Shown: positions 12,601-24,600 of the stretch, piece after piece
How positions within the stretch are numbered: position 1 is the first letter of the stretch
How the letters are laid out: each line of letters opens with the position of its first letter
Notes under the pieces: generated by a model
What the model was told of the DNA's origin: nothing
Databases searched by the model: none
What the model saw: the letters and a program-made list of their open reading frames with translations, nothing else
DNA from: Sphyrna mokarran
Taxonomy: Eukaryota
Direction of reading: 5' to 3'
Length of the DNA stretch: 64,000 nucleotides
Assembly (NCBI GenBank): GCA_024679065.1
Contig: JAGIQG010000026.1
Location: 21,700,001 to 21,764,000, forward strand
Translations under genes and position numbers: made by a program

Positions 12601-15600
12601 TCATATGGAGATCATCAGACAATGAAAAGTACTTAAATTTGCAAGAGCAAAAAAGAACTCTAATTTTCAGAAAATGAAATGCCAGAGTTGAAAAGCTACA
12701 GCCATCTCGTCAAGAGGGCTGAAGAAAGAGGGGTCAACCTGGCTATAGTTGAATGAATGATTTCCAGTGGTTGCAGATGAACTACAGTGGATGTGTGAAG
12801 ATGATGCAAGACAGATGAGCATGGTATGCCATGACAGCATATCTCCTGGTAGGAATAGCTAAAAGCAGAATAGGTTGTAAGAAAGCAATGTGCAACACTT
12901 TTCCGGCGCCATGCATCTAATTTGGCAATGCGCTATGTTCATAGAGCATTGAAAGCTTTTTTGTTTCTTGATCTCTAACCGCAATATTTTGTTAAGATGA
13001 AGGACATCAAAACAGAACAAAGTTCTCCAGACTGGGGAAAAAAAGCTTAATTTTGCATCAGTGAAAATATAGTGTAGATTATAAATAAGGATCCACAAAA
13101 TTCAAAGTTACTGGATTGAAAGATTTATTCATGAGAACATTTATGAATTGCCTTCAGGTGCTGTATCAGTGTGAAGGATTTTTAGAGAAAAATAGAGACA
13201 TGGTCTTTGAAGAACCAATTAACATTCTGAAAGCGAGCAAGGTAAGCACTCTTAACCTGCTTCTGTAGAACATTGGTCTCTGAACCAGTTTAATTGTGGT
13301 GTAGATAATACTCATGAAAGGGATGAAATGGAGTAATTTTTAGTTTAAATTATTTTGAAAATTTCAAAGATTGCAATTTGCAGCTTGAATTCCCAAACAT
13401 TTCCAAAGACAAAGTATTCTCTGCTTATGGTTTTGGGTGCCATCAAGTGTATTCCAGAATATTTTTGTAGCTTCAAAAATAGCACCAAACTTTGGAAACC
13501 AAGATGACATAAGTAAACAACTTATTCAATTGGAAACACTGGTCTACCACATTGATTACTTGAAACATTTTGCTTTCATTTGGCCAGCCTTATGAGAACA
13601 CTTTGTCAACAATTAAATTAACAAGTGAAATTCCTTATCCCTGATTTTTGTACCTAATTAATTTGATGTATAGCAATTGCGATTATGTGGTAGGCCCCTG
13701 CTTTTTGTCTAAGAAGTATAAAATCATATCACTTATACACGGGCCAATTGGTTCATCATTCTCTAACTAGCTCTTCAGCTAAGCATATATTAATTATATT
13801 TCTTGGTACTTTTCTTATCCTTTTTATACACCCAGTATTCATAATTTTCATTTAAATATTAGATTTTTTCCTTGGTAATAACTTGTGACAATGAATCCCA
13901 TATTCTAATATCTTTGTAAAATCTTTCTCATGATTATTCTAATATGTGGCTTTTTTTTTACTCTCACTAAGTAGAATCTTGACCTTCCCCAATTTTATGG
14001 GGAGAAGGTTACTAAGCTTCAGTATTTTAGAACTAGCTTCGTGGACTTGCACGACGACGCCAGGAATATCTTCGCTTAAGTGCTTTGAGTTTCACACAAT
14101 ATGACAAAGTATTGCACAAGTTCAACATTGAATACAAACAAAGCAGCAATTATCTGTTCTAAAACCAATAATCGAAGTTTTTATGGCCTTTTTAAAAATA
14201 ACTAATGAATCTTTTGTTTCCTCCTCGCAGGATAGAGTTTGCAAAAATACACAAGTCTCATATATTTCACCTGAACTGATTTCACCTCCTCTCTGCCACC
14301 TCTCTATCTTCCTCTGTATCAAGCCCAAAATTTGATAACCATGGCAAATAGGCATTTTCCTAATATAAATGACCAGTATAAAATGGCACAGACAATGGTG
14401 CACTGTTACTCATTCTCTAATCCTAACAATGGTTGAGTTCAGTCAATCGTATGGATTGGCCAAGTGCATATCACATCACATGTTGGCTATTGCTAATTAG
14501 CTCAGGTTCAGGGATGCCATTATATAATGTATTTCCTTATGGCCCAGGTAAGTTATATCAGTGCTAAGTTTGCAAACTGTTGCCATTTGCCTGCCCACCC
14601 ACTCCTTGGTGGTAGTCTAGTTTCTTTCCTATGGAGAATCTCTCACTCTTGAACAAGCTTATTTGTTAGGGCTGCTTTTTAGAGTGTGCTCAGTTTCCAG
14701 AAATTCCTATATGATAGTTTTGATAGCATCGGTAAAACCAATAGCAATCATATCTTTACTCTTCAATGCCTGATCTTGTCCAAAACCAAACTCCATCTTG
14801 CACTCTGTTCCCAGAGATTGTGTGAAGTTTGTACAGTTGTTACCTTGGCTACTTCGCTGCTTCTGTCAAATTTGATAAACATTTCTCAGTGATCATTTTC
14901 TCTTCTGCAGAAAATGTGTTTTCCAGTTGTGTACAAGTATGTATACATTTGCTGGAAACTTTGATTCGTTTTAGTAATTGTCTAAGTTGCACAATTTCAA
15001 AATTTTTTTTCTCTCCTTTTGCAAATCCTGATGGCATTATTTAGAAAGTAACTTTAATGTTTTTGTCACTTTGCATGATTTTTCTTTTTAATGTCTATCC
15101 TGATTAACTGAATGTATTTAAATGGTTGAGTTTAGTACCAGGTTGTTTAGCTTGCTCTTTTAATTCCAAGCCACTTGGATTAAGCTGGCTATGGTTCATT
15201 CCTGTATTAATGAAATGCTTCTCTATGTGAGCACTCTATAAATTGTGAAAGCTAACCAATTTCTTTTACTATCCAGAAACTGGATTTTTTTCATTTTTAA
15301 CTTCCATGTCTATATGGTTGCATTTAAAATAAAACTGCGATGTTATAGTAGACTTGCTTATCACAATATGGATATCTTTGTCCAATTCTGTGTCTTCACA
15401 GTTTAACATATGGCCTGCTAAAAATTGTTATCAATGTGACAGTCACTTCATATGGCTCAGCATAAAACCAAAACGATCTGAGGCATTTATAAATGACAAA
15501 ATACTTGATTCTTAACTTGTGCTGGATCAATTGGTCAGTTTTAACTTTGATTTAATAACCTTGCACTGATACAAGTGTTAAACGCTATGTTTGAAGTAGA

Positions 15601-18600
15601 CTTGGGATTTCTTTAAATATACCTTTGAAATTTTGTTCTTTCCAATTGTTGAACGCATTTCATGGTCATGATTTTCAATATATATTAAATTTTAATTTGT
15701 TTTTGATATTATTGTAAATGAATCTGCCATCCTGAAGTGGATTTGTTGTTGTCTCCTTGATACCTTCAGAGTAACAAGGATGAGAAATAAATGCTGGCTT
15801 TTACCACTTTGCAAGGGGAAAAGAACTCTTTCAAAACAAAAATGGCCCATCAGAGAAATGTAGTTCATAACTGATTCCCTGCTTTTAAATTGCTTTTTAT
15901 AAACTAATTCTATTTTGTTCTCTTCTATTCTGTTGGTCTGAACCAGGTTGATTCATAACCATGTGGCTGTGAGCCACACAGCAATCAATTCCTCTGGCAC
16001 AGAATGTTCCCCAGATGTGGATAGGGGTATGGCTGAGGATAGGGGTCAGGAAAAAGTAGTGAGGTTTTAACAAAAACAGAAAATTCTGGGAAAATCTCTA
16101 AGTCTGACAGCATCTTAAAGAATAGAGCCAATGTTTTGAGTCTGGATGATCCTTCATCAGAGCTAAGAACAAAGAAAATAAAGCATTTATACTGAGGGTG
16201 GGGGATTGCTGTAATAAGACAAAAGAAATGTAGATGAGGATGAAGACTGAGAAAGGTGCTAAGCTTTAAGCTGGTATGGTGAGATTTCTTTGTTTTACCC
16301 CAGTCCAACACCGGCATCTGTAGGTTTTGGCAGTGTTGAAAGCTCCGTGATGATAGGATGCATACCAAAAAGGGCTGTGGAAGGCCTATCGCATACAGCC
16401 TGAGTGAGCCTGGGCTAAAATTATGAAGGCTTTTGATTTTTGTCCACCCTTCATGGACCTTTTGTGATATGTGAAAGCCAGAAAAGACTAACTGATGCAG
16501 CAGTGCAGTGATAGTGGAACTGAACTCCCAACTTAAATGGTTATCTTTCAGAGAGCTGGGCAGGGAAGACCAGTGATTCACAATCAAATCAGCCTTGTTT
16601 CTAATAATGCATAAATACATTGATGGGTATCAATGCTGCTTCATAGCAAGGCTGCAGTTATTGGGAATAAGAACAGACAAACTCTACAGCCCGGGCCTGA
16701 AGAGGAATGAGATTTTACAAAGGAGGAATTTTCTTTTTTAGGCCTTCATTTCTGACTGCACTTAGTTCAATACAAAACCGTAACTGCCATGGCTGGCACA
16801 GATTGGGTTGCGAATGCACGGAAAGGTCTCCAGGTTCTATGTCAACAAAAGTAAAGCTCTGTATTTAGAAAGAATGTTTAGTCCAAAGAGTGGAGATTTT
16901 TAAAGTTTTAGCAATAAATGAGAAACCTGCTATTAGTTCTCTTCTAAAAAAGCTGATGGGTCTCTATCTTCTGGGGGACTGATAATCAGTGTCAGATTGC
17001 CTCACCCCTCTTGCTTTTCTGTGCCACACCAGAGCTCCAGTCTTTCCGATCTTGGGTTGGTGTCTGCGGGAGTTTGTATCTTCTCCCTGTGCTTGCGTGG
17101 GTTTTCTCCAGGTGCTCTGGTTTCCTCCCATACCCCAAACACAGGCTTTTAGGCTGATTGGAGTTAACAAATTGTCCCCAAATTAGACCTCCCTTAATTT
17201 GGTGCATATATAATTCTCTAAGTTTGCACCCCCCAAGAGGCATAGACAAAAGTCGTAGGTGGAAGAAGGATTGGAATGAGGCACTCAGTGTTAAAATGGG
17301 CGGCATGGGCTTGTAGGGCCGAAGGGCCTGTTTCCTGTGCTGTTTTGTTCTTTGTATCCTTTAAGTAATCAGAATGTGTTAATAGCAGATGGTAAAAGGC
17401 AATTGGCCTGAAGGGGATGGAGGGAGAGGAGGAGAGCCTCACTAGAACATTGCAAAAGTCCAAGGACACGTGGCCAAGAGAGCAAGGTGATGTATTGAAA
17501 AAGTGGCAAGCGACAGGAAAGTCTGGGTCCTTCCTGCCGACAGATGTTCAGCAAAGCGGCCACCCAGTCTGTGTTTGGTGTCTCTGTGGAGTAGACTGCA
17601 TTGGGAACAGTGAAGGCAATAGACCAGATTGAAGAAAATGTATGTGTAGCTCGAAAGGGATGTTTAGGGCATGGGATTGTGAGCAGGGAAGAGTAGCAAG
17701 GCAATTACTGCCCCTTCTGAGATCGTATGGGGAGGTGCAACGGGCAGTGGATGAGATATTGGGTGTGATGGTGGAGTAGACCAGGATGTCCTAGAGAGAA
17801 TGGTCCCTGCAGAATGCTGATATTGAAGGGGGGAGTAGTGAGGAGAAGATGTTTTGAGTAGTGGCATCATGCTAGAATTGGCAGAAAGAGGAAGATTCTT
17901 TGAATGTGGAGGTTGGTGGAGTGAAAAGTGAGGACAAGGGAGACCCTATCCTGGTTCTAGGAGGAGTGGGTCAGATGTAGATTCAGAATCCTATCAACCA
18001 CAGTGGGTGGAAAACCACGATTTGAGGAAGAAAGACATATCAACAGTGCTATTTTGGAAAGTGGCATCACATGAGCAGATGAGTGGAGGCAAAGGAACTG
18101 AGAATGGGATGAAGTCCTTGCAGGATGTGGGGTGTGAAGAGTTGTAGTCAAGCTATAGTTGTGGGGGTAGCTTGTAATGGATACTGTTGGAGAATTAATC
18201 GCCAGAAATGGAGACTAAACCAAGGAAAGGAACAGAAGTGTCAGATGGACCATGTGAAGTGATAGAGGGGTGGCAATTGGAAGCAAAATTGATAAACATT
18301 TCCAGATCCAGACAAGAGTATGAAGAGGCACTGAAATAGTTGTTAATGTACAGCTGGAGACTAGCAATATTTTATAGAAATAGGAAGTCTTGCTGATGGT
18401 TCAAGTTTAATATTTGTATGCAAGAGTTTGTCATTGGGTTCTACTTGTACAAACATTTGCCATGGGGAATGGACTAAAGCTCATGGTGAAAATTGATGGA
18501 AATTGACTGCATCATAATATTCAATGTAGAGCTGAAGAATGTTCAGATATAACCATTTATCCAGTCCCAAATTATGGATAATAGCATAATTTGGCAGTAT

Positions 18601-21600
18601 TTGATGTTTGCTTTGATTATGGATACTGTTGCTAAGGGGTCAGATGTAGATGTTTAGGAGGAAGCAAGAATGTATCTATTGGAGATTAAAATGGAATTGT
18701 GATTCAGTACATGTATCAATTATTCCAGATGAGATGAAGAATCATGTAGTAAACCATTGCAGGAACTGTGGATGCTGTTGGTAATTTAAGCAAAATTATC
18801 TAGTTATGGAGGAAATGGAAATTCAAACAAAGTGGCTGGTGATAACTGTATGGAGATTTTTCATTCTACAGCAATGTGGTTTGAGCACTGGGATTTCAAT
18901 TAATTGCTTTAATCCTGGTGTTCGAATGGGTTTGGCCTTGATCCACAATGTGGTCAGTGTTTTCAGGAAATAATTAGGAATCTGTCCAGAAAGTGTCTCT
19001 GGAATCTCTTTCACCTTGTTACTGTATTGTTTCCAAGTCTGAGCTGGTTGCTGAACTTTTCCATGATGAAGCTGCTTCTGCTGGGAGAGGTCAGATCTCC
19101 AATGTAACTTTGAAGTCTTTAAGAAAAACGTTACCACAGACAAGTGAGCGCAAGAAAACAGTGGGATATCAGGTAATTAAAAAAATTATAATTTTCCCAA
19201 ACATCATGGCTTGGATTTTCAAAGCAATAGTTATGAAGTAGAACAAAAATGATGAACCTCGTCTCAGAATGAACATGCTTTCCACCATTAAGAAAAACAA
19301 TTACTTCCCAAAGATTTGTAAGTTGGATTTCCCCTGACTGGCTATACATAACATGTTAAAATTGAGCTTTGCATACAATAATGATAGACATGGCCCTAGA
19401 AATTGCAATATACTGGTATGCAAATCTTATTGTTTAAATATTTCCTTAAACCTTGATACAATAAGATGAAAATTTGCACACAGCAAGCTGTGGTGGTGGT
19501 GTAGAGAAGTACATCAAAATGGGCACAGAGGCTACTGCTGTTGCAGCAGCCAACATGGAGTACAAATGGACTGATTTTGCAATGGAGTCAATTGTCCCAT
19601 TTATGGGTTATCCTATGATGTCTAATGCCAGTAGCTAGTGATGCAATGCTGTCTATTGTGTGCAAGGTAGGTTCTTGGCATGAAGTGACACACGTGGACT
19701 GCTGGGATGACAACTGGGCCACTATATTAGTTGTTTCTCATCAGTAAACAATTGATGCCTGTCTTGAGTGCTCCAGTAGGACAGGGTGGGTCAAGAGGAG
19801 AGAACATGTTACTGAAGTGTGTAGAGAGATATTCTTTTTTTTAATTGGGTGTGGAGAGGTTTGCACAATTGAGGAACTTCATTCAGATGGATGGGTACGC
19901 ATTTGTGGAGTGGTGACATAATTGAATGCAGTGTTGCTGACTACCAGATGCTGCATATAACAGGTGATTGGTATTACATAACCAGTTCACATCCATTGCC
20001 CAGAACTTCCAGAATAAAAATTTATTAGTGTCATAAGTAGCTTACTTTAACACTGCAATGAAGTTAATGTAAAAATGGCCTAGTTGTCACACAATGGCAC
20101 CTTTTTGGGTACTAAGGAGAATGTAACATGGCTAATGCACCTCTTTCAGCTTATGAGTGCACCCAGAGGGGAAACAAGTAGCATGGGGAGAGCATGCAGA
20201 GTCCACACACTGACCCAAGCCAGGAATCAAACCCAGGTCTTGGCATTGAGGCAGCGGTGCTAACCACTGTGTTGTCGTGCTGTCCTAGTTAACCTGCTTT
20301 TAAGGAAAAGTAAATAACTATTTTGAAAATGTAGGACAGTGGGTGTTTTTATTTTTGATTTCTGTAACAGAGCGAATGGGTCAGCTGAATGGTCCCTTTC
20401 TGCGATGGAAACATTTATGTTGATTAGGATCTTTTCCTTCCCAGTTCTCAATCCCTACTTCCTCCAGCTCAGCTTCTTAGGCATAGGTGTGATGAGTTGA
20501 TGTCTGACCTCTTTGGGTGAGGGGGATTGCTTGCACGTGATTACATGTTCATGTTCTAGCATGTAACATCACCTCATCTACTGAAAATTTAAAAATTTCT
20601 TTTTAAGAACCAGTTTTGTATCTGAGTTAATTGTCATCTAGTTCAGATTAACTCCTAGGCATTGTGATATGTTTTCAAAATATTAATAAGTAAATGGTGC
20701 CTTTTTTTGTAGTTTAAAGCTTCACTCCATCTACTAATGGAAACTTTGAATTCAACAACCTCTCACTATGTCCGTTGTCTGAAGCCAAATGATATGAAGC
20801 AACCATTCTTGTGAGTCAATCAAATCCTGTTGTTTTCAATGTCAATAAGTGTAGGTGCATTTAAGTGCCTCCTGAAATAGGTCTCCAGTGCTAGTCAAAT
20901 GTAACCATTGCAGAGAAATTAATGGGAAAAATTTTCAACACAATTTTTGAAGAAAACAAACAAATAAATTAATGCTATTAATGCACACAAATGTCAGCGT
21001 TTGAGGGGAAAATGCATAGAAATCCCATCTGGACCATTTCTCTCCTCCATGCTTTTAAATTAAAGGTGCCATGTGAATGCAAAATGGCAGTAACAGTCTT
21101 GAGAAATGTCTTACTGCTGCTATTCATGTTTTGAACATTTTGGATTTTTGATACATAAGCTACAACGTTGTGTTGCAGCATAATCATTATTGTACATGAT
21201 AGCAATTCTTCCTGAAGTACCTTTCAGTTTAAAGGCTACGATGATCAGTGTATATTTGCAATTCTAGTTGAGCATTGAATCAAAACTGGGATTATGCAGC
21301 TGCATGAAGTTCAGTAATTTGGTGGGGCAGATACTGAAATGAAGATGTACGAATGAAGCATCAATTTCTAATAAAATTATCATGTTGAGAGGATAAAAGA
21401 TTGTGAAGCTGCTGGTTTTCTTCCAATGCAGTTACATCTTAATTGATTTGGCGTACAATTATTAAACATGTTTCTGGTGGTGGAAAAGTGGACAATCAGA
21501 GGATACAGATTTCAAATGATCCTGCCAATCAACTGGAGACATGAAGCAGCAGTGTTTTGCACAGGAAGTTGTTGTAATCTAGAGTGTGCCTGCCCAAAAG

Positions 21601-24600
21601 AGTGGTGAAAATATTTAATAGCTCAGAAGAGAATTAAGTAAATATTTTCAAACTAGTCAAACGTAACCATTGCAGAGAAGTAAAATGAGAAGAATGTTTT
21701 ACCGAAAAGAAACTTAAGCAAATGACAAATTAATCCTCAAATGCTGTCACTACACAAAAATGCCAGTATGCAAGGGAAAATGCGTAGAAATCCAATTTGA
21801 ACTATTCCTTTCCTCCACGCTCTTAAATTTAAAGTGCTATGTAAATACAAAATGGCAGTGAAAAACTTGATGGGTAAATGGGGAATAAGTAGGAGTGGGA
21901 TAATTGGTTAGTTCTGCCAAAGAACTGGCAATAGCATGATGAATTGAATAGCCTCTTACTGTGCTGTATGTTTTTGTGATTTCCAATGTGACCATGCCAC
22001 CCAGTTACAATGTTGACAAGTGGCAGCAGAAATGAGCAGGCAACATTTGTTTACAAAAGGCTAATGGATGACCAACTGCAAAATACTGAATAAAAGAAAG
22101 TTGTGAAGTAGACTCCTTTTTGGAATTTTATCCTCCTTTTTGGAATTTTATCCTCCTTTTTGGAATTTTATCCTCCTTTTTGGAATTTTATCCTCCTTTT
22201 TGGAATTTTATCCTCCTTTTTGGAATTTTATCCTCCTTTTTGGAATTTTATCCTCCTTTTTGGAATTAATGGTTACTGATGTCAAGGTTTCTGAATTTCT
22301 CCTGCAGGTTTAATCCAATCAGAATGGTGCAACAGTTAAGAGCCTGTGGTGTTCTTGAAACAATCCGTCTCAGTGCAGCTGGATATCCATCCAGGTTTGT
22401 ATGTATTGTAAATGATTCAAAAGGGAACTTGGTGTTGGGTTTCTTAACTTTTGTCTGAGAGTCCTAACTCCTGTGCCCTGGATTGTGCTTTCACTAATTT
22501 AGATATCTGGCCAGAATAATAGGGTGCAGAGGGATTGAGCAAACTTTAGTATTTTCAGCTTCTCCAGTCTTCAATCTCATCTTTTATTGCAACTATAATG
22601 TGCACACGTTTGCTGGTTAAAATCAAGTTTACTGCTATGCTCATTTATTTCGTAATGTTATATGCATCTTATAGTGCTTAACCTTGGTTGTTCCTCCTCT
22701 GTGACACAATCTACTGTAAAGGGAAGTGATACTAATTTAATTTGCTGCATTTTAGGTGAGACCAGATATGTGGTTAAACATGGGAGCCTTGCCAAAACAT
22801 GTTTCCCTGCCACTGTGGAACATAACATTTTATTTGCTAGATTTACCAGTGATGCATTTCTGCATAGGTAGAAATTAAAGTTGCTGGGAAAAATCTGGGC
22901 TTGATAACTTCTGTCTTAACAACAATCATTTCCTGAAAAGGGTATTTAAGTATTGGCAATCAACCCCTTTGGTACTGAAAATTAGCTAAGCAAATGTGGA
23001 TTCTCATTCCTTCAGTATTTAGTTTCTTAATGTAAAAATGTAAGCTTAAATAGTTTTCTTTATCTTTCCTATACTGTTTTGGCATTAAATCCACCCTATT
23101 TAATCATTGGTATTGCCTGGTATGGACAGTATTGACTGAGGAGAGATTTGAATAAATTGGGATTATTGTCCCTGGAAAGATGGAGACTGAGGAGTGACCT
23201 GATGGAAGTTTATAAAATTGAGAAGTATTGATGGGGCAGTGGTATAGTTAGAGGGGAACGACCGCTTCCCCTGAGCACATTATTCAAAAGTGCTGCCTTT
23301 TCAACGTTTGCAGTGCTGCTGGGAGTGATATTTTTACACAGGAAGTCACTGTTCTAGACACCTGAACTGCAGATTGACAACTGGGCAGAACAGGATTCCT
23401 GCTGCTGAATCCTTTCCCCCATCTGGGACCCAGACGCAGGGACCGAAGCCACTGGCTGGACATTTCACTGCTGCTCTGCCCAGTGTCTGATGGATCCATG
23501 GGAATCCCAGCTCTCTTCACTGGCCTATTGTCCAAACAGAGCTGCCATCTTATGACGTTGATTAGTTTAATGAACTAATTGAGACATCTGTTATCCAATT
23601 GGTGCTCTGCATTGACTGAGTGACAGTTGCTTTATCCAATCCATAAGCTCCATTTGTTGAAATGAGCAAGGACAATAACAGCAGCAACTCAGACCAATTG
23701 TAGAGCAACACCCTGACATCTGCAGCCAATTGCCTTCTGCTGCTGTAGCGCAGTCACCAATTGCAATGCATTTAAAATCATTTGGTATGTTTTGTGGGTC
23801 ATGGCATCTTTGTGCTTGCTACCCCAACTTTAGAACTGGCTGCGTCCCTAAGATGGGTGGAATAATTGGAATCATTTTCTCAGGGTAGAAATGATGACAA
23901 GGGGGATAAGCTCAGGATAAGAGGGGAAAGATTCAGTGAAGATGTTTTGGGGGTTGGGGGGGGACATTTTTTTACATGGAGGATTGGTGGGGACCTGGAA
24001 TGCAGTACCAAATAAGGTGGTTGAGGTATTTAGCCACATTTAAGTCTTAACCTTGATAGACATGTGAACAAATAAGGAATAGATGGATATAAGAGCTTGA
24101 TTAGATAGGTAAGCATGATTGGCGCAGGCTTGGGGTCAGGGGGATGCCAAAGGGCCTGTTCCTGTGCTGTATTGTTCTTGTTGTTTATTTCCTGCACTGT
24201 CATTGTGCTGTGAATTTGCTAATCTTTAAACCTGATTTAAGGGAAAACACTTACTTTTTCTGTTTGTGCAGCTCTCTGATGCCCTGGCTCTCTTGTTATG
24301 CCTTGCAGTTTAAGCAACTTGCCTTGCAGAGAGTTTTAAATATAAATGTGTAAATTTAACTATATGGCAGATACTGTTATGTTTAGTCTGAGCACATTGA
24401 GGCCATAATTACTGTTAAATTACGAAAGCAATATCTGTTTTTGTTCTGCATGATTCTGTGTGATCTTATTTCGGAAGGATCCAAACAAACTTCATGATTG
24501 TCTTCAAAAGAAGTCAGAAATCTGAGTCCTAAAATAAAACTTCCATTCAAATGTGTATTTGAGCAACCCCATTAGAGATTTGTATTGGCATGAAAAGGCT

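Noticed and set aside
15985-16620. 211-aa minus-strand ORF, the longest in the track
   Set aside because: Runs through Penelope-end fragments and low-complexity sequence; no domain motif and no splice support.
22113-22267. CRISPR-like array
   Set aside because: Units are head-to-tail with no spacers, in a eukaryotic intron; it is a minisatellite.
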